From an uncultured Clostridium sp. (GTDB lineage Bacteria > Bacillota > Clostridia > TANB77 > CAG-508): DNA of 64,000 nucleotides. The notes beneath the pieces were generated by a model. The model did not search any database. It saw nothing but the letters and a program-made list of their open reading frames with translations, and was not told where the DNA came from. This document shows, piece by piece, positions 10,013 through 20,210 of the stretch. The position numbers were made by a program, and so were the translations under genes. Positions within the stretch are counted from its first letter, which is position 1. Every line of letters starts with the position of its first letter. The stretch spans positions 33,808 to 97,807 of the forward strand of contig CAMUDX010000001.1 of assembly GCA_947087745.1 (NCBI GenBank), given 5' to 3'.

Positions 10013-10041
10013 ATTATAAAACTTTTGTTTGTTTTTGTCAA
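10013..10041 (-). promoter_or_regulatory. dinB promoter: TTGACA-17 nt-TATAAT
   Basis: On the minus strand, ttgaca is at 10041-10036 and tataat at 10018-10013. The spacer contains an AAAC-N4-GTTT dyad (10019-10030). Confidence 0.55.
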
Positions 10042-10070
10042 TCATTGTTATTATTTTTTGCAATTAATTA

Positions 10071-10092
10071 GTGCTATCTATATAGATAGCAC
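10071..10092. repeat. Perfect 22-bp palindrome gtgctatctatatagatagcac
   Basis: Begins 1 nt after the stop of the 337-aa ORF and lies upstream of the dinB promoter. No adjacent U-tract on the minus strand. Could be a terminator or an operator. Confidence 0.6.
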
Positions 10093-10093
10093 C

Positions 10094-11107
10094 TTATTCT
10101 TGTTCTATATTACTTATTGAATGTTGTTCTTCTTGTGTAGCTATATTAATTGGACTTAACATACTTTGGAATTTACTCAAAACTTTATTTTGGATTGGTA
10201 AATCTGATAAAGTATTTTGTCTAGTTACTATTCTTGCTCTTGAATTTAAAATTTGTCTATTCATCTCATTATTTTGTATTTGTAATATATCTATTTGTTG
10301 TCTATTACTTGTTTTATTTTTCTCTCCAATTGGCATTAAATATCCTGAAGTTTGCCTTTCATTTACTTTTTCATCAATTTTAGTTTTTAAAGTTTGTTCG
10401 TTTATTATTTCTTTTAATTGTGTATCAGTTTCCACTAATTCTAAAAACTGTTGAATTTCTACTGTTGTTTTATCTTCTAAATCACATTTTATATATGCTT
10501 TTAATTCTGCTAATATATCTTCTAAGCTTTTCTCAATTTCTTCTCCTTGTTCCCCTAGCATTAGTATTTGTATTTTTAATTCTATATTGTCAAGTTTTAC
10601 TTGCTTTAGTTTTCCTTTACCTACTATTTTTCCTATTAATGATATTTTTTCATTTTCAACTTGTTGTTTTTCTTCTTCTAATCTTGCTAATTTTGAATCT
10701 CTTATTAGCATTTCTACTCTATCTTGTAAGCTTCTTGTAAATCTCTCTTTTACTTCTCTAATATATCCTGTTTTTATTGTTGTATCTTGTTTTATTTCTT
10801 CTAATCCTTGTAATATACTATTAAGTTTATTTTCATCTTCCAATACATTGCTTTCTTGCGTTTGCTCATTTATCTTTTGCATATTAGCTTTTATTTGATT
10901 GATTATTCTTTTTATATCTGTGTCATCTATGCTAGATGCTGAATAGTTTAATTCTAGTTTTTTTGCAATTTCTGAAAATCTTATTTCTTCTTGTTTTAAT
11001 TCATTATATATTTTTTCTATGTCCTCTAATGTAAACCTAATTTTATATTTTATAATTTCTAAAAGTTCTTGCATTCCATTTTTTTCCTTTTCTTTATTTA
11101 TAATCAT
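10094..11107 (-). CDS. Hypothetical coiled-coil protein
   Basis: 337 aa, E/K/Q/I-rich with heptad-like character, no TM helix or signal peptide. Native AT-rich composition. Confidence 0.6.
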   Translation of the reverse strand: MIINKEKEKNGMQELLEIIKYKIRFTLEDIEKIYNELKQEEIRFSEIAKKLELNYSASSIDDTDIKRIINQIKANMQKINEQTQESNVLEDENKLNSILQGLEEIKQDTTIKTGYIREVKERFTRSLQDRVEMLIRDSKLARLEEEKQQVENEKISLIGKIVGKGKLKQVKLDNIELKIQILMLGEQGEEIEKSLEDILAELKAYIKCDLEDKTTVEIQQFLELVETDTQLKEIINEQTLKTKIDEKVNERQTSGYLMPIGEKNKTSNRQQIDILQIQNNEMNRQILNSRARIVTRQNTLSDLPIQNKVLSKFQSMLSPINIATQEEQHSISNIEQE

Positions 11108-11216
11108 TTTTTATTTATATCATTATTATATAAAGAAGTCAATACCTAATGAATATATGTCCTTAGTGTGTCAAAAAACACGTCCCCATGACACATAAAG
11201 AATTTTTCTAAAACTG

Positions 11217-11245
11217 TTGAATTTTGCAATAAAATAATATATAAT
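11217..11245 (+). promoter_or_regulatory. metK promoter: TTGAAT-17 nt-TATAAT
   Basis: ttgaat at 11217-11222 and tataat at 11240-11245, just upstream of the riboswitch. Confidence 0.5.
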
Positions 11246-11266
11246 AGTACAAATTATATATATAAA

Positions 11267-11363
11267 TTTATTAAGAGTGGATGAGAGAATCGGCTTTATG
11301 ACTCCACAGCAACCTGGATATCAAGGTGCTAATACCGACAAAGCATAGCTTTGGATAATAAAA
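11267..11363 (+). promoter_or_regulatory. SAM-I (S-box) riboswitch
   Basis: TTATTAAGAG..GAGAGA..GGC..ATGAC.CCAC.AGCAACC..GGTGCTAATACC.GAC..GGATAATAA matches the conserved S-box core. Located in the metK leader. Confidence 0.85.
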
Positions 11364-11376
11364 TTAATTTGTTATT

Positions 11377-11408
11377 AACCTTTGTATATGCATAACAAAG
11401 GTTTTTTT
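11377..11408 (+). terminator. Riboswitch expression-platform terminator
   Basis: aacctttgt / acaaaggtt 9-bp stem followed by ttttttt. Confidence 0.8.
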
Positions 11409-11469
11409 GAATTCTAAAATACCTTAATAATGGTTTTGAGAATTCATATTGAAAGGTTAGGTGCTAAAA

Positions 11470-12582
11470 ATGAATAAATATTATTTTACATCAGAAAGTG
11501 TAACAGAAGGACATCCTGATAAACTATGCGATTCAATATCAGATGCCATATTAGATGCTTGTTTAAAACAAGACCCAAATTCTAGAGTAGCAATAGAAAC
11601 ATTTGCAACAAATGATACTATAACTATTGCTGGTCAACTTACTTCTACTGCAAGAATTAAAATAAGTGAAATAGTTAGGGAAAGAATTAAAGAAATCGGT
11701 TTTGATAATAAAGATACAGATATAGATTATAGAACTTGCAAAATCATTGCTGAAATAACTAGGCAAAGCCCTGATATCGCTTTAGGAGTTGATGTTGGTG
11801 GTGCAGGTGATCAAGGTATTATGTTTGGTTATGCATGTTCAGAAACTGAAGAGTATATGCCTTTTGCTATTAGTATGGCTCATAAATTATCTAAACGATT
11901 AACTGATGTTAGAAAAAATGGAGATATTCCATATCTTAGACCTGATGGTAAAACTCAAGTTACTGTTGAATATGAAGGAGATGTCCCAAAAAGGATTGAA
12001 ACTATATTAATTTCAACTCAACATTTAAGTAATATTGCAGAAGAACAATTACATATAGATATAAAAGAAAAAGTAATAAATTCTGTAATTCCTTTAAATA
12101 TGATTGATAGTAATACTAAAATTTATATTAACCCTACTGGTAGATTTGTTATAGGTGGTCCTTTAGGTGACACTGGTCTTACTGGTAGAAAAATTATAGT
12201 TGATACTTATGGTGGATATGCTAGACATGGTGGTGGAGCTTTTTCTGGTAAAGATGCTAGCAAAGTTGACCGTTCTGCTACTTATATGCTTAGACATATT
12301 GCTAAAAATGTAGTTGCAAATAAGTTAGCTAAAAAATGCGAAATTCAAGTTGCTTATGCTATTGGCATGACTGAGCCTCTTTCTATTTTTATTAATACTT
12401 TTGGTACTGGTACTAAAAGTGATGATGAATTATTAGATATTATTAATAGAAACTTTGATTTAACTCCTAATGGTATTATTGATTATCTACATTTAAAAGA
12501 GCCTATTTTTTCTAGGACTACTAACTATGGTCACTTTGGCAAAAATGACTTGCCTTGGGAAAAAATTATTGAACTAAAGTAA
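11470..12582 (+). CDS. metK: S-adenosylmethionine synthetase
   Basis: GHPDK, GAGDQG and GGGAFSGKD motifs. ATG 11470 is preferred (taggtg SD, 6-nt spacing). The flexible-loop region looks shorter than in B. subtilis MetK. Confidence 0.93.
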   Translation: MNKYYFTSESVTEGHPDKLCDSISDAILDACLKQDPNSRVAIETFATNDTITIAGQLTSTARIKISEIVRERIKEIGFDNKDTDIDYRTCKIIAEITRQSPDIALGVDVGGAGDQGIMFGYACSETEEYMPFAISMAHKLSKRLTDVRKNGDIPYLRPDGKTQVTVEYEGDVPKRIETILISTQHLSNIAEEQLHIDIKEKVINSVIPLNMIDSNTKIYINPTGRFVIGGPLGDTGLTGRKIIVDTYGGYARHGGGAFSGKDASKVDRSATYMLRHIAKNVVANKLAKKCEIQVAYAIGMTEPLSIFINTFGTGTKSDDELLDIINRNFDLTPNGIIDYLHLKEPIFSRTTNYGHFGKNDLPWEKIIELK

Positions 12583-12612
12583 TTTAAAAATAATAATATA
12601 CTATTTATACTA

Positions 12613-12657
12613 AATAGAGGATATATATTAAATATACCCTCTATTTTCCTATTTTTT
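12613..12657 (+). terminator. Hairpin plus T-tract between convergent metK and pyk
   Basis: aatagagg / cctctatt stem extended by AT pairs, followed by ttcctattttttt. Confidence 0.6.
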
Positions 12658-14093
12658 TATATTCTTTTTACACCGCTAAGAATTTTTGTTTCTTCTCTAT
12701 TAGATGTATTTTGTACTCCAGCTCCTATAACTACTAAGTCATCTTTTTCTAATATTTCTTTTGCTTGTAATTTTTGAATTCCTGCTTCTATTGTTTTTTC
12801 AATACTCTCTTGTTTTTCTACTAATATAGGTGTTACATTCCATGCTATTGCTAATTGGTTATATGTTCTTCTATTATCTGTTACTGCTAAAATTGGACAT
12901 CCTGCTCCTAATCCTGCTAATTTTCTTGGGAAGTCTCCTGTAAATGTATAGCATACAATTGCATCTGCTTCCATATTCATTGCTGTAACACATGTTGAAT
13001 ATGCTACCTTTGTTTCGAAATCTGATAAATCCATATTTTCATTTTCTCTAAATCTCTTCCAATAGTCAATATCATTTTCTACTCTATTTGCTATTTTTAC
13101 CATTGTTTCTACACACTCTACTGGATATTTACCCATAGCACATTCTCCAGATAACATTATAGCACTTGTTCTATCATATATTGCATTAGCTACATCGCTT
13201 GCTTCTGCTCTTGTAGGTAATGGATTAAATGTCATAGATTCTAACATTTGTGTTGCTGTTATTGCTGGTTTATTTGCTTTGTTTGATAATTTGATAAATC
13301 TTTTTTGCATAACTGGTGGTTCTGTAAAGTCTGTTTCTGTAGCCATATCTCCACGTGCAATCATTTGAACATCTGCATTTTCTACTATCTCTTCCATGTT
13401 TTCTAGACCTTCTACATTTTCTACTTTTGTTATTATTTTAATATCTTTTCCACCATTTTCATCTAATACTTTTCTTACTTGGTCTATGTCATCTTTGTTT
13501 CTTGTGAATGACATTGCTACATAATCATAATCATGTTCACAAGCTGTTTTTAAGTCTGCTATATCTTTGTCTTTTAATGCTGGTAAACGTACTGCTGTTC
13601 CTGGTAAATTCATTGTTTTTCTACTTCCTAGTCCGTTTCCATGTACTACTGTACATACTATATCTTTGTCTACTATTTCATCTACTACTAATTCTATTGC
13701 ACCATCATCTATTAATACTTTTGCTCCTGGTTTTAAATCTTTGTATAATTCTTTGTATGATACAGATACTCTATCTTTATCTCCTACTATATCTTCATTT
13801 ACTAATGTAAATTTTTGCCCATCTTCTAATTTTATCTTTTCATTTTTTCCTGTTACTAACATTCCTGTTCTTATTTCAGGTCCTTGCATGTCTAATAATA
13901 GTGATATTGGCATATCTAGTTTTTCTCTTAATCTTATTACCTCTTCTGTTTTTTCAGATTGTTCATCCCAACTTCCATGTGAATAGTTGATTCTTGTTAC
14001 ATTTAGTCCTGCTAACATTAATTCTTCTAATTTGTGCTCGCTAGCTGGTCCTATTGTTCCTACTATTTTTGTTTTTCTTAAATTCTTTTTCAT
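12657..14093 (-). CDS. pyk: Pyruvate kinase
   Basis: KIVGTIGPAS and MIARGDM motifs. 478 aa with no PEP-utiliser extension. Confidence 0.93.
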   Translation of the reverse strand: MKKNLRKTKIVGTIGPASEHKLEELMLAGLNVTRINYSHGSWDEQSEKTEEVIRLREKLDMPISLLLDMQGPEIRTGMLVTGKNEKIKLEDGQKFTLVNEDIVGDKDRVSVSYKELYKDLKPGAKVLIDDGAIELVVDEIVDKDIVCTVVHGNGLGSRKTMNLPGTAVRLPALKDKDIADLKTACEHDYDYVAMSFTRNKDDIDQVRKVLDENGGKDIKIITKVENVEGLENMEEIVENADVQMIARGDMATETDFTEPPVMQKRFIKLSNKANKPAITATQMLESMTFNPLPTRAEASDVANAIYDRTSAIMLSGECAMGKYPVECVETMVKIANRVENDIDYWKRFRENENMDLSDFETKVAYSTCVTAMNMEADAIVCYTFTGDFPRKLAGLGAGCPILAVTDNRRTYNQLAIAWNVTPILVEKQESIEKTIEAGIQKLQAKEILEKDDLVVIGAGVQNTSNREETKILSGVKRI

Positions 14094-14129
14094 TTATAAT
14101 TCCTCCCTCAATTCTTAAAACCAATGCTC

Positions 14130-14158
14130 ATTATAACACATCTATTTTTCTCTTACAA
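14130..14158 (-). promoter_or_regulatory. pyk promoter: TTGTAA-17 nt-TATAAT with TG extension
   Basis: On the minus strand, ttgtaa is at 14158-14153 and tataat at 14135-14130. Confidence 0.45.
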
Positions 14159-14301
14159 GTAATATTTGCATTTTTTTGAATTTTATGTATTTTTTTGAGT
14201 TATATCGTGGTTAAACAGGACTATTATAAAGAGCCTACTATGTTATATAGTAAACTCTTTTATATTATGTCTATTGCTTATAGTCTATTATATTCTATAA
14301 C

Positions 14302-16272
14302 TTATTCCAATGTTAATGTTGTTTCTGCATTTAAGTTTAATTGATGTTCTTCTTTTTTTACATCATTAACAAATACTTTTACTATAATTGTTCCTTTACC
14401 TGATATATTTGCTGTTATGTCTGTTCTTGTTGGAGAAACTGATTGATTATATACCGTTTCTTCTTTTCCTTCTGATGTTACTTTTACTTCTAGTTTAACA
14501 TCTTTTGGTTTTATTACTTCTCCATTTTCATCTGTTTCTTCTTTATAGTTTAATAAAGATTTTAAATTTATTTTTACTGTTCCATATTTTAATTCTGCTA
14601 TTTGATTTACTGTTATTACTATTGTTGTTCCTTCATCTACTACACTTCCTGATGATATGCTTTGATTAAGCACTGTTCCATTATTTTTCGTTGTATCTTC
14701 TTCATATTCAACTGTTACTATTAATCCTAAATCTGATAATGTTTTTGTTGCTTCATCTACATTTTTAGTTTTTACTGATGGAACTACAATTTGTTTTAAT
14801 CCTGTTCCAATACTTACATATATTTTCACAGTATCTCCAGCATTTACAACTGTCTCTGGCTCTGTTTCTTGTCTTGTTACATATCCTTCTTGTATGTCTT
14901 TACTTGTTTCTTCAAGTACCTCTGCTGTTAATTTATATTGTTTTAATGTTTCTATTGCTTCTTCCTTTTTCATTCCTGCAACTTTTGGTACTGTTGTTAC
15001 TTCTGTTCCCTTGCTTATTGTTAATTTTATTGTGCTTCCTTCTTTTATTGTGGATGCTTTTGAATTTTCTTTGTATGCTGGGTCTTGTTTCATTATTTGT
15101 CCTTCTGGATATTCTGTACTATATTCTTCATCATTGTATTCAAATTTTAATCCATTTTGTGTTAATATTTGTTCCGCTTCTTCTGATGTTTTTCCTATTA
15201 AATTTGGTATTGTTATTTCTTTTGGTTTTGTTAAGTTGAAGTATAACATTGTTCCACCTAAACTTAGTGCAAATAATATTATTAAAACTGTTATCCATAC
15301 TAATACTTTATGTTTTTGTATAAATTGTTTGAATTTCCCTTGTTTTTTGTTTGTTGTTCCTCTTTTTGCAGTTTCATTTCCTACTACTGATATCCTTTGT
15401 GTTGGCGAATCTTCATAATTAGTATTATTTACAAAATTTCCTTCTGGCTCTTTTAATGCTCTATTTAAATCTCTTAACATTTCTGTAGCTGTTTCATATC
15501 TTTGTTGAGTGTCTTTTTGTAATGCTTTCATTATTATATTATTTACTGCTAATGGAATGCTACTATTTTTTTCTATTGGTGGTATTGGCTCTTCTTGCAT
15601 ATGTTTTAATGCTATAGATACTGGTGTATCAGCATCAAATGGTACTTTTCCTGTTAGCATTTCATACATTACTACTCCTAATGAATATAGGTCTGATTTA
15701 GCATCTGTATATCCTCCTCGTGCATGTTCTGGTGAAAAATAATGTACTGACCCTATTGTTGTTCCAAATGCTGTTATTGTTGAGTTTGATACAGCTTTTG
15801 CTATTCCGAAGTCTGTTACCTTTGCTATTCCATCTTCTGTTATTATTATATTATGTGGCTTGATATCTCTGTGTATTATATTGTTTTTATGTGCTACTTC
15901 TAATGCTGATGCTATTTGTATTGCTATATTTACTGACCACTTCCAAGGTAATGCTCCTCTTTCTTGTGTTATTATTTCTTTTAGTGTCTTTCCTTTTATT
16001 AATTCCATTACTATATAATATAAGTTTCCTTCTTTTCCTACATCATATACTGATACTATGTTTGGATGTGTTATACTAGCAGCTGATTGTGCTTCAACTT
16101 CAAATCTTTTTATGAATTCTTCATCTGTTGTGAATTCATCTCTTAGTATTTTTACTGCTACATATCTATTTAATACATGGCATTTGGCTTTATATACTGT
16201 AGCCATTCCTCCATTTCCTATCTTTTCGATAATCTCATATCTATTTCCTAATAATCTTCCCTCTATATTCAT
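14302..16272 (-). CDS. prkC: Ser/Thr protein kinase with PASTA repeats
   Basis: Hanks kinase motifs (GNGGMATVYKA, HRDIKPHN, DFG), one TM helix, then three PASTA-like repeats and a C-terminal beta-rich domain. Confidence 0.92.
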   Translation of the reverse strand: MNIEGRLLGNRYEIIEKIGNGGMATVYKAKCHVLNRYVAVKILRDEFTTDEEFIKRFEVEAQSAASITHPNIVSVYDVGKEGNLYYIVMELIKGKTLKEIITQERGALPWKWSVNIAIQIASALEVAHKNNIIHRDIKPHNIIITEDGIAKVTDFGIAKAVSNSTITAFGTTIGSVHYFSPEHARGGYTDAKSDLYSLGVVMYEMLTGKVPFDADTPVSIALKHMQEEPIPPIEKNSSIPLAVNNIIMKALQKDTQQRYETATEMLRDLNRALKEPEGNFVNNTNYEDSPTQRISVVGNETAKRGTTNKKQGKFKQFIQKHKVLVWITVLIILFALSLGGTMLYFNLTKPKEITIPNLIGKTSEEAEQILTQNGLKFEYNDEEYSTEYPEGQIMKQDPAYKENSKASTIKEGSTIKLTISKGTEVTTVPKVAGMKKEEAIETLKQYKLTAEVLEETSKDIQEGYVTRQETEPETVVNAGDTVKIYVSIGTGLKQIVVPSVKTKNVDEATKTLSDLGLIVTVEYEEDTTKNNGTVLNQSISSGSVVDEGTTIVITVNQIAELKYGTVKINLKSLLNYKEETDENGEVIKPKDVKLEVKVTSEGKEETVYNQSVSPTRTDITANISGKGTIIVKVFVNDVKKEEHQLNLNAETTLTLE

Positions 16273-16291
16273 TTTTTCTCTCCTCGTAAAA

Positions 16292-17026
16292 TTATATATT
16301 TTTTATTACTACAACAGTTATATTATCTATTCCGCCGTTTTGATTTGCTAATTCTACTAATTCTTTTGGTGCTCTTTCAAAATCTTCTTTTACAATATTA
16401 TATATGTCATCTGTTTTTACTTCATTTGTTAGTCCATCTGAACATATTACTAAAATATCTTCTTTTAAAAATCCTTTTATCGCTACATCAGGCTCTACAA
16501 ACGCATTACATCCTAATGCTCTCATTAACATATTCTTTTTAGGATGATTGTTTGCTTCTTCTTGTGTTATTGTTCCATCTGATACTAATTTTTGTACATA
16601 ACTGTGGTCCTGTGTTAGCTTTCTCATAAAATCTTTTCTTATTCTATATATTCTACTATCTCCTACATGTGCTATATATACTTTGTTGTTATATATTAAA
16701 CATATTTCTATTGTTGTTCCCATTCCATCTAACTCAGGACTTTCTTTTGATTTTTCGTATACTACCATGTTTGCATATTCTACACTGCTTCCTATTAGTT
16801 GTATTAAACTGTCTTTGTCCTTGGGTACTTCTTTGAAATTATTTAATATATAATTTTTTGCACATGTTACTGCTAATTGACTTGCTATCTCTCCACCTTT
16901 ACATCCGCCCATTCCATCTGCTAATATATATAACTGTACTTCACTTAATGAGTCTGATATGTAATAATAGTCTTGATTCATTTCTCTTATTTTTCCTACA
17001 TCTGATCTAGCATATGCTTTTATCAT
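16292..17026 (-). CDS. stp: PP2C-family Ser/Thr phosphatase
   Basis: ADGMGG and CSDGL motifs. Immediately upstream of prkC. Confidence 0.9.
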   Translation of the reverse strand: MIKAYARSDVGKIREMNQDYYYISDSLSEVQLYILADGMGGCKGGEIASQLAVTCAKNYILNNFKEVPKDKDSLIQLIGSSVEYANMVVYEKSKESPELDGMGTTIEICLIYNNKVYIAHVGDSRIYRIRKDFMRKLTQDHSYVQKLVSDGTITQEEANNHPKKNMLMRALGCNAFVEPDVAIKGFLKEDILVICSDGLTNEVKTDDIYNIVKEDFERAPKELVELANQNGGIDNITVVVIKNI

Positions 17027-17173
17027 TCTTTCACCTCGTTTTTGGCTACACTTTCTTCTTTTATGTTATACCATATCTCTATTTTTTTTTCAATGATTTT
17101 TCAATATTTTATTTTTTTACTTATGAAACTAAAAAGTTTCATTTATTTTATTGTATAGGAAAATTACAAAATC

Positions 17174-17202
17174 AAGCAACAGTTACATATTAACTGTTGC
17201 TT
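17174..17202 (-). terminator. Terminator after the rubredoxin gene
   Basis: aagcaacagtt / aactgttgctt 11-bp stem, followed on the minus strand by gattttgtaatttt. Confidence 0.65.
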
Positions 17203-17244
17203 ATTATATTTCTATAATTTTAAGAATTAATTTTTTTTAATAAT

Positions 17245-17385
17245 TTATTCTTCTGTTTTTTCAAACATATCTTTTCCAACACCGCATAAAGGACAAGTCC
17301 AATCTTCTGGTAAATCTTCAAATTTAACACCTTCAGCTTCTTCATCATAAATGTATCCACAAGCTAAACAAGTATATTTTGCCAT
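17245..17385 (-). CDS. Rubredoxin (46 aa, absent from the ORF track)
   Basis: Hand translation gives [46 protein letters not shown]. It has CxxC and CPxCG motifs. SD AAGGAGGGGA lies upstream and a terminator downstream. Confidence 0.85.
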   Translation of the reverse strand: MAKYTCLACGYIYDEEAEGVKFEDLPEDWTCPLCGVGKDMFEKTEE

Positions 17386-17446
17386 ATTTTTCCCCTCCTT
17401 TCAGTTCAAACTAAATATATTAAATAAATTTATTAACTAAAAACTA

Positions 17447-18196
17447 TTACCATAATTCAATAATAGAATGAATGTGAACATCATCTCTATCTTTTATTAC
17501 TACTATTTGTTTATTATCCTCTTTTACATATTTTACTCTAATTTCTGAATTTGGTTTTATTTCTTTTTTATATGTTATTCTAATATTTTCAAATTGCTGA
17601 CATTCTTGCAAAGTATATGGCAATATTTCATATGCAATATCTAAATAATTCAAATTGTGTACATGACCATTTACATCAATATCAGTTTTTCTAATTCTAG
17701 TGATAATTTCCTTTTCATATTGTTCTGGCTCTTTTATTTTGCCTAAATCTTCTTTTTCAAAAACTTTTCTTTCCTTTTCTTCAGTATAACTATTTCTTAT
17801 TGTTTCATCTGCCTTAACTATTCTTAAATTTTCCACATCCATTAGTACCCATTTTGTAGATGCTATTGCAACAATTTTTCCTTTGCTATTGTATACTTCA
17901 AAATCACGATATGCATAACATTTTTCCATGCCTTTTGACCATGTTTTTATATTTATTTCTTCTCCATAACTTAATCTTTCTATCATTTTAAACTTCCAGT
18001 CTAATAATAGCCATACTCTCTTTGTATTTGGTATACCTAATATTCCATACCCTACTGAATCTGAATGTCTGCATGCTGAATTTTCCATATATTCTAATAT
18101 TGCTTTATTTGTTACTTTATTGTCTATTGTAATGTCTCTTATATCAATTCTATAATCACTTTCAAATACCATATTTTTCACCTCTATATGTTGCAA
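17447..18196 (-). CDS. Acyl-ACP thioesterase
   Basis: Double hot-dog layout. RKTDIDVNGHVHNLNYL matches the family signature. Confidence 0.8.
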   Translation of the reverse strand: MQHIEVKNMVFESDYRIDIRDITIDNKVTNKAILEYMENSACRHSDSVGYGILGIPNTKRVWLLLDWKFKMIERLSYGEEINIKTWSKGMEKCYAYRDFEVYNSKGKIVAIASTKWVLMDVENLRIVKADETIRNSYTEEKERKVFEKEDLGKIKEPEQYEKEIITRIRKTDIDVNGHVHNLNYLDIAYEILPYTLQECQQFENIRITYKKEIKPNSEIRVKYVKEDNKQIVVIKDRDDVHIHSIIELW

Positions 18197-18217
18197 CTTT
18201 TACTTTATCCATTTATT

Positions 18218-19519
18218 TTAATATCCTGGCTTTTCTAATAATTTAAACATATTTTTCTTATATTCTTCAACTCCTGGTTGATTGAATGGGTTTACTCCTA
18301 ATATCATTCCTGATATTGCACAAGCTTTCTCGAAAAAGTATATTAAATGTCCTATTGTTTCTTCATCTAATTTTTCTATACTTATTAAAATGTTTGGTAC
18401 ATCTCCTGTAACATGTGCTTGTATTGTTCCTTCCATTGCCTTTTTATTTACATAGTCTAAGTCTTTTCCTGCTAAATAGTTTAATCCATCTAAGTTGTCA
18501 TCATCTGAATTTATTTTTATATTTGTTTCAGGATTTTCTATTCTTAAAACAGTTTCGAATAATTCTCTTCTTCCATCTTGAATATATTGCCCCATAGAAT
18601 GCAAGTCGGTTGTAAAATCTACTCCTGCTGGAAATATCCCTTTTTTGTCTTTACCTTCACTTTCTCCATATAATTGTTTCCACCATTCAGTAAAATAATG
18701 CATCTTTGGCTCATAATTAACTAATATTTCTGTTGTTTTATTTGTTTTATATAATATGTTTCTTGCTACTGCATATTTATAGCATTCATTATATTTTAAA
18801 TCGCTATCATTATATCTAACCTGTGCTAGTCGTGCTCCTTCCATTAATTTGTCTATATCTATTCCTGCTGTAGCAATTGGTAATAATCCTACTGCTGTTA
18901 ATACTGAAAATCTTCCTCCTATGTTGTCTGGTATTACAAATTGCTCATATCCTTCTTGGTCTGCTAATTTTTTTAATGCTCCTTTTTTCTCATCTGTTGT
19001 TACATATATTCTGCTTCGTGCTTCTTCTATTCCATATTTGCTTTCTAACATTTCTCTAAATATTCTAAATGCTATTGCTGGCTCTGTTGTTGTTCCAGAT
19101 TTTGATATTACATTTATTGAAAAGTCTTTGTTTCCTATTGCCTCTACTAATTCATTTATATAATTTGGACTTAAGTTGTTTCCTGCATATAATATATATG
19201 GATGTTTTCTTTCTTGTAGCATATTGTCAAACGAACTTGTTAATGCTTCTATTACTGCTCTTGCTCCTAAATATGACCCCCCAATTCCTATTACTAATAA
19301 TACATCTGAGTCTTCACTTATTCGTTTTGCAGCTTGTTTTATTCTAGTAAATTCTAATTTACTGTAATTTGTTGGTAATTCTAACCATCCTACATAATCA
19401 TTGTAATCTAATGCTCTTTCTTTTAATTCATTATGATATTTTTCTACACTTTCTTTGTATTGTAAAATCTCTTCTGGTTTTACTTTACTATTTTCTAAAT
19501 TTAATTTTACTTCTAACAT
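18218..19519 (-). CDS. pgi: Glucose-6-phosphate isomerase
   Basis: [13 protein letters not shown] motif and the short Firmicute-type PGI length (433 aa). Confidence 0.93.
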   Translation of the reverse strand: MLEVKLNLENSKVKPEEILQYKESVEKYHNELKERALDYNDYVGWLELPTNYSKLEFTRIKQAAKRISEDSDVLLVIGIGGSYLGARAVIEALTSSFDNMLQERKHPYILYAGNNLSPNYINELVEAIGNKDFSINVISKSGTTTEPAIAFRIFREMLESKYGIEEARSRIYVTTDEKKGALKKLADQEGYEQFVIPDNIGGRFSVLTAVGLLPIATAGIDIDKLMEGARLAQVRYNDSDLKYNECYKYAVARNILYKTNKTTEILVNYEPKMHYFTEWWKQLYGESEGKDKKGIFPAGVDFTTDLHSMGQYIQDGRRELFETVLRIENPETNIKINSDDDNLDGLNYLAGKDLDYVNKKAMEGTIQAHVTGDVPNILISIEKLDEETIGHLIYFFEKACAISGMILGVNPFNQPGVEEYKKNMFKLLEKPGY

Positions 19520-19550
19520 TTTATTCCTCCTATTTTTTAACTTATGTTTA

Positions 19551-20210
19551 TTATTCTTTTAAATCTTCTATTATTACTTTGTAATCTACTGCATCTAATA
19601 TTGCAACTCCTGCAACTAATATATTTGCTCCAGCTGCTTTTACTTTTGGTGCTGTTACTAAGTTTATTCCTCCATCTACTTCTATATCTACTTCTATTTT
19701 CTCTTCATCTATATGTTTTTTTAGTTTTTCTATCTTTTGTATCATATCAGCTATTAGAGTTTGACCTCCCTTACCTGGCTCTACTGTCATTATTAATACC
19801 ATATGTATATATGGTAAATATTTATATATTTCTTCTACTGGTGTGTTTGGTTTTACTGATATTCCAACTCTTGCATGTGCTTCTTTTATCTTTTTTATAT
19901 TTTTCATTACTTCTTCTTCATTTTTGCATGCTTCTATGTGAAATGTTATTATATTTGGCTCTACTACTTCAAATACATTTATTGCTGTTTCTATGTCTTC
20001 TACCATTAAATGTATATCTAATGGTAAATTTGTTAATCTTCTTATATATTCTGCATTCTCTCTCATTTTATTATACGTATCTTTTTGTACGAATTTTCCA
20101 TCCATTACATCTATATGTATATAATCTGTTTTTGCTACTTCTAAATTTAAAAATGTTTCTGCTTCTTCTCCTTGTTTTAATGATAATATTGATGTTGATA
20201 CTTCTACCAT
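19551..20210 (-). CDS. rpe: Ribulose-phosphate 3-epimerase
   Basis: STSILS and HIDVMDG motifs. Start set at ATG 20210 (AGGAGG 7 nt upstream), overlapping the rsgA stop. Confidence 0.9.
   Translation of the reverse strand: MVEVSTSILSLKQGEEAETFLNLEVAKTDYIHIDVMDGKFVQKDTYNKMRENAEYIRRLTNLPLDIHLMVEDIETAINVFEVVEPNIITFHIEACKNEEEVMKNIKKIKEAHARVGISVKPNTPVEEIYKYLPYIHMVLIMTVEPGKGGQTLIADMIQKIEKLKKHIDEEKIEVDIEVDGGINLVTAPKVKAAGANILVAGVAILDAVDYKVIIEDLKE

Noticed and set aside
8791-10041. Long dinB start (MTKTNKSF...) from the ORF track
   Set aside because: A perfect TTGACA-17-TATAAT promoter lies inside those extra codons. The conserved N-terminus begins at MERQILHVD (ATG 9996).
7888-11107. Orphan gene, dinB and the coiled-coil gene as a mutagenesis cassette (imuA/imuB- or YolD/UmuD-type)
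   Set aside because: Each gene has its own promoter or terminator signals. dinB retains its catalytic motifs, unlike ImuB. Neither neighbour resembles YolD/UmuD or ImuA in size or sequence, and the compositions differ.
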